DNA from: Candidatus Krumholzibacteriota bacterium | GTDB lineage: Bacteria; Krumholzibacteriota; Krumholzibacteriia; JAJRXK01 | Assembly: GCA_963727455.1 (NCBI GenBank) | Contig: CAVSGG010000005.1 | Span: 192,001 to 256,000, forward strand | Direction of reading: 5' to 3' | Length of the DNA: 64,000 nt | Part shown: positions 48,049-57,037 of the stretch, in pieces | Layout of the letters: each line of letters starts with the position of its first letter | How positions within the stretch are numbered: the first letter of the stretch is position 1 | The notes under the pieces: model-generated | Database searches by the model: none | What the model saw: only the letters and a program-made list of their open reading frames with translations | Told to the model about the DNA's origin: nothing | Program-made: the position numbers and the translations under genes

Positions 48049-49530
48049 ATGAAGCACCCGAATTCTCCTAGGCTGTGGGCACTGGTCACGGCGTGCCTCA
48101 TGCTTTCGGTTGCCGGCACCTGGGGCTCTTCCCGCGCGCAGGACATCCCGCCCGCGGATCCCAGCCATCCATGGCTCGCCAAGGGTGACAGTCTGGTGGC
48201 GGCCGGCAAGGGCGAGTTGGCGCGCGATTCCTATCGCGAGGTGCTGAAGGCCCACGGAGATGACGTGGAATTGTGGCTGCGTCTGGCGGCGGTGGAGACG
48301 GCTCTGGGGAACGTGACGCAGGGATTGGAAGCGGCCAAGAAGGCACGCAAGCTGGACCCCAAAGGGGCCGATCCCTATCTGATGCTGGCGCAGGCCCAGT
48401 TCACCAGCGGCGATGCCACGACCGCGCTCAAGACTCTGGAGACCGGAGTCAGCGAACACCAGGACGACATTCCACTTCTGGAGGCCTTGGTAACGGTCAA
48501 GATCGCGATGCAGAAGTGGGCCGACGCCGGGGGACTGCTGCGTCAGTTGATTCTTCTCGACGGTTCCAACCCGATGTACTTCATGGATCTCGGCCGCATC
48601 CAGCACCGGGTGGGCGAGATGGATCAAGCATATTCGAATTTGAAAAAGGCCTTGAGCCTGGGCGCCTCGCGTTCGGAGGCACTCGCTCTTTTGGGTCACG
48701 TGTGTCTGGGACTGGGACGTCTCGACGAGGCCAAGAGTGACCTGGAAGAGAGCCTCTCCATCGAACCCAGCGCGGAAGCCTGGTCGGGTCTCGCTGGCCT
48801 GCATTTCCTGCAGGGGGATCCCGCTGCTGCCGAAAAGGCATTCCACGAAGCTCTACGGCTCGATCCCAAGGATCCCGACTCCTGGTTCAATCTCGGCAAT
48901 TCGCTGGTGGTGCAGGAGAAGATGGCGGAAGCCGAGGAGGCCTACCGCAAAGCGATCGAAGTCGATCCAGGGCCCTCGTCCGCATCGGCGCGCCTCAATC
49001 TCGGGGTCCTTCTGCTCACGCGAGGAAAGGTGGACGAGGCCAAGAAGACCTTGAGCGAGGCGGCGCGTCTCAATCCCAAGCTGCCGGGCCCTCATCTGCA
49101 TCTCGCTCGCATCGCCGGAGCACGCTTTCATTACGATGAGGCCAGGAAGCACTATCTCGAATACCGCCAAGTCGTTCCCGACGATAAGGAGAAGAAGCGG
49201 ATCGACGGTGTCCTGGCCGATCTCGATGCGAAGATCAAAGAGCGGAAGGCATCTCTGGCCAAGGGTGAGGTCCATCTGCTTCAGATCATGACGAAGGAGA
49301 AGTCCCAGGCGGAAGACGCTCGCTCGCGGGTTCAGGCGGGCGAGGATTTCTATGCGGTAGGCCAGTCACTGAGCAAGCTCGCCAAGATCACTGGGGTCGA
49401 CATCGGCTATGTCGACCCAACCGCCCTCAACGCCGGTTTCCAGAAGGCCATAAAGACCTTGAAAGTGGGCGAGCTGAGCGCGGTTCTGCAAGGTCCCAAC
49501 GGGTATTATCTGTTTCAACGCGTGGAGTGA
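48049..49530 (+). CDS. Exported TPR protein with C-terminal parvulin-like domain
   Basis: Signal peptide, ~10 TPRs, then GEDF...DIGYV...LKVGELS...GYYLF parvulin pattern. Confidence 0.75.
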   Translation: MKHPNSPRLWALVTACLMLSVAGTWGSSRAQDIPPADPSHPWLAKGDSLVAAGKGELARDSYREVLKAHGDDVELWLRLAAVETALGNVTQGLEAAKKARKLDPKGADPYLMLAQAQFTSGDATTALKTLETGVSEHQDDIPLLEALVTVKIAMQKWADAGGLLRQLILLDGSNPMYFMDLGRIQHRVGEMDQAYSNLKKALSLGASRSEALALLGHVCLGLGRLDEAKSDLEESLSIEPSAEAWSGLAGLHFLQGDPAAAEKAFHEALRLDPKDPDSWFNLGNSLVVQEKMAEAEEAYRKAIEVDPGPSSASARLNLGVLLLTRGKVDEAKKTLSEAARLNPKLPGPHLHLARIAGARFHYDEARKHYLEYRQVVPDDKEKKRIDGVLADLDAKIKERKASLAKGEVHLLQIMTKEKSQAEDARSRVQAGEDFYAVGQSLSKLAKITGVDIGYVDPTALNAGFQKAIKTLKVGELSAVLQGPNGYYLFQRVE

Positions 49531-49546
49531 AGCCCCGGAGCATTCC

Positions 49547-51631
49547 ATGAGCGACAATCCATCGCCGCGCTTCCATCTGGACAGCCCCGTGCAGTACCTG
49601 AAAGGAGTTGGCCCGCGTCGCGCGCAACTGCTTGCGCGCCTGGGAATCGAGCGCGGCGAGGATTTCCTCTACCATCTTCCTCACGACTATCTCGAGCGGT
49701 CCTCTCTTGTCTCCCTGCGCGAGTTACGCGAAGGAGAACGGGCCACGGTGCGCGGCCAGCTCATCGATCTGCAGAGCCGGAGAATTCGCGGCGGCCGGAC
49801 CCTGGTGAGCGCCGTACTCATGGAAAATGGACTTCAGCTACACCTCAGCTGGTTCAACGCCCCCTGGGTGGCCAAGCAGCTCCGGATTGGCGAGGAACTG
49901 GTGGTCTCGGGAAGGGTGGGCTCGTACCGGCGGCGATACCAGATGATCAATCCCTCTTTCGAAGATGCTGGCGAGGAGGGAGAACTTCTGTTGGGAGGAC
50001 TTGTGCCGTGCTATCCCCTTACCGGGGGGATCTCGCAGACCACGATGCGCAAGCTCGTTCGCGGCGCCCTGGACTCCCTGCGCGGTGAAGTCGTCGATCC
50101 TCTACCTCCAGCCTGGCGCGGGGAAGAGTCCCTCCTCGATCTGCAGAGCGCCTTGGAAGCAGTGCATCGACCTTCTGATGCCACGCAGGCAACTGCAGGA
50201 AGAAGAAGGCTGGCCTTCGACGAGGCGCTGGCGCTGCAACTCTCGGTGGGCGTGCGACGGCGGCAATTGCTTCGACGTACCGCCGCGGTGCGCATCCAGG
50301 AACTGGGAGCTTTGTCCGGCGCGTATCTGGACCTTCTCGGCTTCACCCTCACCGGGGCTCAGAGGCGTGTGTTGAAAACCCTGAAGCAAGATTTGGCTCG
50401 CGAAATCGCAATGCACCGTCTTCTGCAGGGGGATGTCGGGAGTGGCAAGACTCTGGTCGCGGTCCTGGCCATGATCTGGATGGCTGAGAACGGAGCTCAG
50501 GCTGCGTTCATGGCACCGACCGAGATCCTGGCTCGGCAGCATGCGACGCGCAACCTGCCTCGCTTGGAGAAAATCGGAATTCATGGCGCGGTCCTGACGG
50601 GTAGCACGCCCACGGCCCGCCGGCGTGAGATCCTGCGCGAGCTGAAGTCTGGGCGGATCCAAGTCATCTTCGGAACCCATGCGCTGATCCAAGACGAGGT
50701 GGAGTTCCGTCGTTTGGGCCTGATCGTAGTGGACGAGCAACACCGCTTCGGGGTTCTGCAGAGGGCGGCGCTCTCCGGGCAAGGAGCGCATCTGCTGGTG
50801 ATGTCGGCCACGCCGATTCCACGCAGTCTAGCCCTGACCGTCTTTGCCGATCTCGACCTTTCGATCCTGGATGAAAAGCCCAAAGGACGCCATCCCGTGG
50901 TCACGCGCGTGCTGAGGGAGGCGGCGTTGCGAAAGGTCTACGAGCATCTGAAGAAACGCGTGGCGAAGGGCGAGCGCGCCTACCTGGTGTTTCCTCTGGT
51001 GGAGGAAACGGAAGGAAACGATTTGGCCAGCGCGAGCGCCGCGTACGAGGAACTCAGCGCGGGACCACTTCGGGGGCTGCGGCTGGGACTCTTGCACGGA
51101 AGGATGGCGGCGCGCGAGAAGGAACGTATCCGCAAGGCCTTTTCCAGCGGCGAGCTGGACGTCCTCGTGGCGACCACTGTCGTGGAGGTAGGAGTCGACG
51201 TTCCCGAAGCAACGCTCATGGTCATTCATCATGCCGAGCGTTTCGGACTCGCCCAACTCCATCAACTTCGTGGGCGCGTGGGGCGAGGGGAGAGAGAATC
51301 CTGGTGCGTGCTGGTGGCCAGCCCGGAGATCGGAGAGGCGGGAAGCCGTCGACTGAAACTCCTGGCAAGCTGCGATGATGGTTTCGAATTAGCGGAAGCC
51401 GATCTGCGCGAGCGTGGCATGGGAGACCTGAGCGGCTTGCGACAACACGGACTGGCGCCGTTCCGTGTGCTGAATCCCCTTCGTGATGGAGCCCTGGTGG
51501 AGTCGGCGCGTGCCCGGGCCGAAGCCGTGCTCTCGACCGACCCTCAACTCACTCTTCCCATCCACCGTTCCCTGAGCCAGTGGCTGGATCACCTGGGCTC
51601 ACGCAATCCCTTCTGGAGCGCCACCGGCTGA
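49547..51631 (+). CDS. recG: ATP-dependent DNA helicase RecG
   Basis: LKGVGP, QGDVGSGKT, DEQHRFG, SATPIPR, QLHQLRGRVGRG. Confidence 0.97.
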   Translation: MSDNPSPRFHLDSPVQYLKGVGPRRAQLLARLGIERGEDFLYHLPHDYLERSSLVSLRELREGERATVRGQLIDLQSRRIRGGRTLVSAVLMENGLQLHLSWFNAPWVAKQLRIGEELVVSGRVGSYRRRYQMINPSFEDAGEEGELLLGGLVPCYPLTGGISQTTMRKLVRGALDSLRGEVVDPLPPAWRGEESLLDLQSALEAVHRPSDATQATAGRRRLAFDEALALQLSVGVRRRQLLRRTAAVRIQELGALSGAYLDLLGFTLTGAQRRVLKTLKQDLAREIAMHRLLQGDVGSGKTLVAVLAMIWMAENGAQAAFMAPTEILARQHATRNLPRLEKIGIHGAVLTGSTPTARRREILRELKSGRIQVIFGTHALIQDEVEFRRLGLIVVDEQHRFGVLQRAALSGQGAHLLVMSATPIPRSLALTVFADLDLSILDEKPKGRHPVVTRVLREAALRKVYEHLKKRVAKGERAYLVFPLVEETEGNDLASASAAYEELSAGPLRGLRLGLLHGRMAAREKERIRKAFSSGELDVLVATTVVEVGVDVPEATLMVIHHAERFGLAQLHQLRGRVGRGERESWCVLVASPEIGEAGSRRLKLLASCDDGFELAEADLRERGMGDLSGLRQHGLAPFRVLNPLRDGALVESARARAEAVLSTDPQLTLPIHRSLSQWLDHLGSRNPFWSATG

Positions 51632-51643
51632 ATTGACGCCCGA

Positions 51644-51659
51644 TGGTCCGAACCTTGCT
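51644..51659 (+). promoter_or_regulatory. Sigma54-like promoter
   Basis: TGGTCCGAACCTTGCT = GG-N10-GC with TTGC; intergenic, ~90 bp before the zinc-ribbon gene. Confidence 0.55.
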
Positions 51660-51660
51660 G

Positions 51661-51690
51661 TCACAGGCCACCACAAGGAACCACAAGCCC
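51661..51690 (+). repeat. Three 10-bp-period direct repeats (YCACARG)
   Basis: tcacaggcca ccacaaggaa ccacaagccc. Confidence 0.45.
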
Positions 51691-51745
51691 TGCGAGAGGC
51701 CGCGGCGGCCGACGACGGGGCTGTCTTTAGATGCGTGGAGAGGCC

Positions 51746-52609
51746 ATGATCGTCCAGTGTGCAGAATGCAAGACTTCCTACCGGCTCCAGGCCGAACTCG
51801 TTCCCCCGCGACGGATCAAGACGCGATGCAATCGCTGTGGACACGTCTTTGCCATCGTTGGACCAGAAGCAGACAGCCGAGGGTCCTCCTCCGCGGGTCA
51901 GTCCACCAGTGGCGGCACCCGGCAGGCGCCGTACGAACCCAGCCGCTACGGCGAGGTCGATCTGAGTGCGGCATCCTCGCGAGTGTCCACGGGACCGGCT
52001 TCCAAACCCTTCGTGCCACCGATTGCTCCCCCCATCTCCTCGCAGGAGCCCGCGGCGCCGGCACCGGCTAGGGCGGCAGCGCCGTCTCCGAAGCTCCCGA
52101 ACGAGACGGTACCGCCTTCCGGCGGGCCGGATAGCGAGCTCAAGATCGAGCGCTCGGAGGGCTTTCCTGGTTCTGCCCCGATGACTCAGAGCGCGGCGGC
52201 CAGGCATGCTCCGGCCGCGCCGTCCCTGGATCAGGCCAGAGCCTCCAGTGTCGCGCTCGAGACTCCTCCGGCGAGTTCTCCCTCTTCCTTCCGGGAATTG
52301 GATCTGGACGAGAGCGCTCTCGCCAGCCCGCCCGAGCAGGAAGCTGCGACGATAAGTCCCGAGGAGCAGCGCAAGCAGGACAAGTCGCGTCGTCTCGCGC
52401 GGGCGCTCGTCAGTGACATCCTCGTGTACAACCGCGCCAAGCGGGATGCGGCTCTGGCCTCGGGCAAGCTGGTACAGGAGCTCGGACCCGAGATCAAGAA
52501 GTCGTGGGAGGTTTACAAGGAGCGCGTGACGCCCGAGGTCGCGAATTCGACCAATCACTTTCGCGAGGCTCTCAACGATATCCTCGCGGATGGCCAACCG
52601 ATCTTCTAA
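51746..52609 (+). CDS. MJ0042-type zinc-ribbon protein with Pro/Ser/Ala linker and helical C-terminal domain
   Basis: MIVQCAECKTSY...CNRCGHVF; C-terminal RRLARALVSDILVYN...KKSWEVYKERV. Confidence 0.8.
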   Translation: MIVQCAECKTSYRLQAELVPPRRIKTRCNRCGHVFAIVGPEADSRGSSSAGQSTSGGTRQAPYEPSRYGEVDLSAASSRVSTGPASKPFVPPIAPPISSQEPAAPAPARAAAPSPKLPNETVPPSGGPDSELKIERSEGFPGSAPMTQSAAARHAPAAPSLDQARASSVALETPPASSPSSFRELDLDESALASPPEQEAATISPEEQRKQDKSRRLARALVSDILVYNRAKRDAALASGKLVQELGPEIKKSWEVYKERVTPEVANSTNHFREALNDILADGQPIF

Positions 52610-52650
52610 TGGGTTAGAGCATTACAAAGAAAATCTGAAGTGTTTTCTAA

Positions 52651-52683
52651 AGACCCCGGTGCCCCACGCCGGGGTTCTTCTTA
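52651..52683. terminator. Intrinsic terminator between convergent genes
   Basis: ACCCCGG/CCGGGGT stem followed by TCTTCTT. Confidence 0.6.
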
Positions 52684-52762
52684 TCCCCGAACACGGGTCG
52701 GAAGGCCGCGCTCGAGGAAAAGAGAAAGCGTTGCCGGGAAGGGGAGAGGATGGAAGTGGAGC

Positions 52763-53215
52763 TCAGTCGCTCTCGTCCCACTTCTTGTCGCTGATCTCTT
52801 GCAGGATACCGTCGATCTGCCCGCGGATGCGCATGTTCTGGTCGGGTTCGAAGAGGGCCTTCTTCACCCGCCCGTACTTGTCTTTTTTCACGAAGCGCAG
52901 GGACTGGAGCGAACTCATGGGGACCAGGATATCCTTGCAGACCTGGACCTCCACGTCTCGGCCCTCGACCGTCTGCGGAGGATTGTTGTCTGGGTGCATT
53001 CCCAGACCCCAGCCGTGCACCACCATGGAGCAGATCAGAGCGCGGAAGGTATTTTGCCCCTGTGTGGTATCCAGATCGATGCTGCCCTGCACCTTTTGGA
53101 TGACCCCGTCCACCACGTAGCTCAGCTTCCGCGCTACCGCCGGTGAGATCTTCATGTTCAACAGCCGACCGAACATCTCGGCCAGGATCTTGTCCGTACT
53201 GCTTATTTTCTCCAC
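52763..53215 (-). CDS. Hypothetical protein (150 aa), only minus-strand gene
   Basis: GGAGG RBS then GTG at 53215; globular composition and GC3-biased codons; own promoter candidate and terminator. Confidence 0.7.
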   Translation of the reverse strand: MEKISSTDKILAEMFGRLLNMKISPAVARKLSYVVDGVIQKVQGSIDLDTTQGQNTFRALICSMVVHGWGLGMHPDNNPPQTVEGRDVEVQVCKDILVPMSSLQSLRFVKKDKYGRVKKALFEPDQNMRIRGQIDGILQEISDKKWDESD

Positions 53216-53303
53216 CGGGAGCCTCCACGGGGCCTCACGAGTCGGAATCTTGGGGTCCTCCCGCCTCGGGGACGGGGCAGACCATGGGAGTCGAAAACCA
53301 CGA

Positions 53304-53319
53304 TGCAAGGGCGGTGCCC
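53304..53319 (-). promoter_or_regulatory. Sigma54-like promoter
   Basis: Reverse complement GGGCACCGCCCTTGCA = GGCAC-N5-TTGCA. Confidence 0.65.
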
Positions 53320-53384
53320 GAAGGCGGAAAGGGCTACAGGCGGCTTTGGCGCGCCGGACCGGGTTGAAATGAGGAATTCGAGAG

Positions 53385-53423
53385 AGGGAGCGTCGGACCC
53401 TTCGGGGGTCCGTCGTTCCTTTT
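53385..53423. repeat. Long inverted repeat / UUCG hairpin between divergent promoters
   Basis: agggagcg-t-cggaccc TTCG ggggtccg-t-cgttcctt, followed by further T's. Confidence 0.6.
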
Positions 53424-53465
53424 GGAGGGGGGCCGAGGATCAGGACGGAGCCTGCCTGCCGAGGA

Positions 53466-53481
53466 TGGCATGGAGATTGCC
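53466..53481 (+). promoter_or_regulatory. Sigma54-like promoter
   Basis: TGGCATGGAGATTGCC = TGGCA-N6-TTGC; ~80 bp before the GTPase start. Confidence 0.65.
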
Positions 53482-53558
53482 CTGATTCTCAGCGCGCGAA
53501 GTCGATCGCTCATCGCCGTGCGTTTGGCGAGAAGCATTCCCGATCCCAGCGAGACACC

Positions 53559-55184
53559 ATGGTCGTCTATAACTACAGCGGCAAGGAAATCAACGCGAAG
53601 ATCGTCTACTACGGCCCTGCACTCAGCGGGAAGACCACCAATCTGGAGTGGATCTATTCGAAAATTCCGCTGGAGTATTCGGGCAAGATGATTTCCCTGA
53701 GGACCCAAACCGACCGCACGATTTTCTTCGATTTTCTTCCTCTGGAACTGGGTCTGATCGACGGTTTCAAGACTCGCTTCATGCTCTACACAGTACCCGG
53801 CCAGGTCTACTACAACGCCACGCGGAAGATGGTGCTCAAAGGAGCCGATGGGGTGGTTTTCGTGGCGGACAGTGAAGAAGGACGGATGCAGGACAACCTG
53901 GAGAGTCTGCAGAACCTCAAGGACAACTTGGCAGAAATCGGTTTGGATCCGGCGACGATCCCGATCGTGCTGCAATGGAACAAGAGGGACCTGCCTTCGA
54001 CGATCGAGACCGAGCAACTCGAACGTCAGCTGAATCCGGAAGGCCATCCGTCGTTCTCCGCTTGCGCACTGACGGGCGAGGGGGTTTACGAATCTCTTCA
54101 CCAGATCAGCCGCATGATCTACCGCAATCTGGCCACCGAGGAAGGCACGGTTCCCCAGGAGAGCCAAAACCTGCAGAGCAGCGCCTCGCTCTTTGGAGAA
54201 GACATCGAGGCTCGACTGCGAGATGTCGATCATCCGGATCCGACCTTGAAGGACTCGGTAAGGCTTCAGGGCCCCTCCACGGTCAAGAACTCCGGTTCGA
54301 AGGGATCGAGTGTGCTGAGTTCGATCCTGGGGAGTCTCCAGCGGCACACTCGAGGCGCCAACGAGCGACCGGAAGAGACTCAAGCTCCCCGGGTAACGCC
54401 CGGCTCATCGGGGGAAGGGGGAGCCCCTAGGGAAACGCAGAACGCGGATGCTCCGTGGCAGGGTACTCCGCGCTCGGAGCAGAGACAGAAGGACGCTGAG
54501 ACGGTGACGGTGGGAACGCGGACGATGGCAGTTGCAGGCGAGGAGGACCCACGGGCCGACTCACACACAGGATTCGAAACGAAAGGTCCACAGACCATGT
54601 CCCAGACGCCCACTCCCTCCGGCGATCCGCTGGGCGAACGGCAAGCCAGTTCCGATTCGATCCAGGACGAACCCACTCGTCCCATCGCGAGTTCGCAGCC
54701 CGAGCAGCCCCCCAAAGCCCCTCTCGTGGACGAAACGGTTGCCGACCTCGTCGACACGCTCTTCTCACCCAAGGAGAGTGCCCCGAGTGGGGATTCCGCC
54801 CAAAACGATGAACTCGCCTACGAATCGGGCTTTGGGCGCATGGTTGATTTGGGGCCGGATTCCCAAGCGGGCAAACGTCCTCCCAAGGACGACGACTTCG
54901 AACTTCCCGAGGATTTGCTGGAATCGGGCGCCTTCACCGCCGTGCCCGCGAAAAAGGAAGAGGAAGAAGAGGAGTCGCTCGAGCTCATCACTGATCCCCG
55001 TAAGAAGCCCATGGATTCCGGTTCGGGACCGGGCATACCGCTGAGTGCGGATTACCAGACAGGGGCCTTCAAGCCGCTTTCGGGGAGCGCCCGTACCATT
55101 GAAGTTCCGATCACTCTCGATGCGGAACTTCTGGACGAGGGCCAGTCGGTTCGGATCGTTCTCAACTTGAAGCTGCAGCGCTGA
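53559..55184 (+). CDS. MglA-family small GTPase with long C-terminal extension
   Basis: KEINAKIVYYGPALSGKTTNL, DRTIFFDFLP, TVPGQ, FVADS, NKRD; then ~350 extra residues. Confidence 0.9.
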   Translation: MVVYNYSGKEINAKIVYYGPALSGKTTNLEWIYSKIPLEYSGKMISLRTQTDRTIFFDFLPLELGLIDGFKTRFMLYTVPGQVYYNATRKMVLKGADGVVFVADSEEGRMQDNLESLQNLKDNLAEIGLDPATIPIVLQWNKRDLPSTIETEQLERQLNPEGHPSFSACALTGEGVYESLHQISRMIYRNLATEEGTVPQESQNLQSSASLFGEDIEARLRDVDHPDPTLKDSVRLQGPSTVKNSGSKGSSVLSSILGSLQRHTRGANERPEETQAPRVTPGSSGEGGAPRETQNADAPWQGTPRSEQRQKDAETVTVGTRTMAVAGEEDPRADSHTGFETKGPQTMSQTPTPSGDPLGERQASSDSIQDEPTRPIASSQPEQPPKAPLVDETVADLVDTLFSPKESAPSGDSAQNDELAYESGFGRMVDLGPDSQAGKRPPKDDDFELPEDLLESGAFTAVPAKKEEEEEESLELITDPRKKPMDSGSGPGIPLSADYQTGAFKPLSGSARTIEVPITLDAELLDEGQSVRIVLNLKLQR

Positions 55185-55219
55185 GACGACGCCTATCTCG
55201 CTCACGCCTCGTCTTCGAT

Positions 55220-55252
55220 CGAGCCGGACGCAAGCTGCGCCCGGCTCGTTTT
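55220..55252 (+). terminator. Intrinsic terminator after the GTPase gene
   Basis: CGAGCCGG/CCGGCTCG stem followed by TTTT. Confidence 0.65.
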
Positions 55253-55274
55253 CCCATTGGATCTCGCGACAGGA

Positions 55275-55303
55275 TTGACAGCGGAGGCGGCCAGCTCTAG
55301 CCT
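55275..55303 (+). promoter_or_regulatory. Sigma70-type promoter
   Basis: TTGACA, 17 bp spacer, TAGCCT; upstream of TPR-trpA-uppP-moeA. Confidence 0.6.
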
Positions 55304-55346
55304 GCGCTAGGAGTAACCCAGCTTCCCCTTTTGAGGTCGTGGTCGT

Positions 55347-56198
55347 TTGTCTGAAGCTCCCCTACGCATGAAGGTCGAGATCCAGGATCCGGTGACACGG
55401 GCCCGTCTGCTCGAGAACGAAGGACGTCTCGAGGAAGCTCTGGAGGTCCTGGCGGCGCTTCCGGAGGGTCCACGCTCCTCGGCAGATGCGTGCTATCGCA
55501 TGGCCCACATATATCTGCAGCAAGGAAAGCTGGAGCAGGCGGAGTCCTGGCTGCGCCAGACTCTCAACTTGCGCTTCGAGGACGCGCGAGCTCATACCAA
55601 TTTGGGCGTGGTTTTGGATCTCCGTGGTCACCATCAGGATGCGATCCGGGCCTTTCGTCGGGCCATCCAGCTCGCACCCGACGAGCCCGCAGCCTATCTC
55701 AACCTGGGTGCGATTTACGGAGAGCTGGGACGCCACGAAGATGCCGTACGCTGCCTGGAACGCTGTCTCGAATTGGCTCCCTCCTACGATGCGATCTTCA
55801 ACCTCGCATTGGTACGTTTGCGACAGGGTGAATTGGCCCCGGCGGAGAGTCTATTGGAGCGTGCACTCCACGAAAGTGGCGATCATCCCCTGGCTCACTA
55901 CTACCTGGGTCTATGCCGTTCACGGCGCGGGCTGCTAAGAGAAGCCGCCGAGGCTTTCGAGGCGGCCCTGGCGTGCAACGAAGATCTCGTGCGCGCACGT
56001 TATCATCTGGGGAAAGTTCATCGTCGCCGGGGCCGCACGCACGATGCAGTGCGGGAACTCAAGAAAGTGGCGCATGCCCTCCCTGACGATGCACAGGTCA
56101 TGCGCGAACTCGGCTTCGCGTACGATGCACTCTCCATGAAGTCGGAGTCGCTGCAGTGTTTTCGTCGCGCACGCATGCTCGACGCGGCGGACAGTTGA
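55347..56198 (+). CDS. Tetratricopeptide repeat protein
   Basis: ~7 canonical TPRs (AHTNLG, AYLNLG, AHYYLG, ARYHLG). Confidence 0.85.
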   Translation: MSEAPLRMKVEIQDPVTRARLLENEGRLEEALEVLAALPEGPRSSADACYRMAHIYLQQGKLEQAESWLRQTLNLRFEDARAHTNLGVVLDLRGHHQDAIRAFRRAIQLAPDEPAAYLNLGAIYGELGRHEDAVRCLERCLELAPSYDAIFNLALVRLRQGELAPAESLLERALHESGDHPLAHYYLGLCRSRRGLLREAAEAFEAALACNEDLVRARYHLGKVHRRRGRTHDAVRELKKVAHALPDDAQVMRELGFAYDALSMKSESLQCFRRARMLDAADS

Positions 56199-56221
56199 AT
56201 GTCCGCCAGCCAGGACCTTCG

Positions 56222-57037
56222 GTGAACCCACAGAGCAGCAAGTCGCCCCCCTCGGCTCGTGAGGCGCTCCTCGGCGCGCGTGCGCGGGGGCAGTGCGCGC
56301 TCGTTCCCTACTTGACCCTGGGTTACCCTTCGCTCGATGCGAGCCTGGAGCTACTGGAGGGAATCGAGCAGTTGGGGGTGGACGTGGTGGAGTTGGGCGT
56401 TCCCTTCAGCGACCCCGTGGCCGATGGGCCCACCATCCAGCACACCATCGATCGCGCGCTGTCGCAGGGGGTGACCCTGCGGCAGATTTTGGAAACGCTG
56501 AAGTCCTCAACTCATGATACCCCAAGGGTTCTCTTCAGTTACTTCAATCCTCTTCTGAGTTATGGCCTGTCCTCCCTGGCGCCTGCCCTCGTCTCGCGTG
56601 GAGTGGGAGCGACCCTCATCACGGATCTGGTGGTCGAGGAGGCGGACGAGTTCCGCGGTTTGGCCCACGCAGGCGGACTCGAGCTCTGCTTTCTGGTGGC
56701 CTCGACCTCCGACGGTGAGAGGCTGAGGCGGGCCGCCGAGGCCAGTACGGGATTCGTCTATTGCGTGGCGACTATGGGTGTCACGGGGTCGAGGACCAGT
56801 TTGGATGATCGCGCCCGTGAGACGGTGCAGCGTCTGCGAGAGCAGAGTGAAGCACCCGTGGCAGTGGGATTCGGGATCTCCTCGGTGGAGGACGTGCAGC
56901 GAGTGAGAGAATTCGCCGATGGTGCCGTGGTGGGAAGTGCCTTCCTGCGCGCTCTGGGCCAGGAGACTTCGCCGCGGAGCGTTCGTCAGAGAGGGATCGA
57001 ATACTTGGGTCCTTTGCTGGAGGCGGCCCGTGCCTGA
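56222..57037 (+). CDS. trpA: Tryptophan synthase alpha chain
   Basis: ELGVPFSDPVADGPTIQ, GFVYCVATMGVTG, VGFGIS, ADGAVVGSA. Confidence 0.94.
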   Translation: MNPQSSKSPPSAREALLGARARGQCALVPYLTLGYPSLDASLELLEGIEQLGVDVVELGVPFSDPVADGPTIQHTIDRALSQGVTLRQILETLKSSTHDTPRVLFSYFNPLLSYGLSSLAPALVSRGVGATLITDLVVEEADEFRGLAHAGGLELCFLVASTSDGERLRRAAEASTGFVYCVATMGVTGSRTSLDDRARETVQRLREQSEAPVAVGFGISSVEDVQRVREFADGAVVGSAFLRALGQETSPRSVRQRGIEYLGPLLEAARA

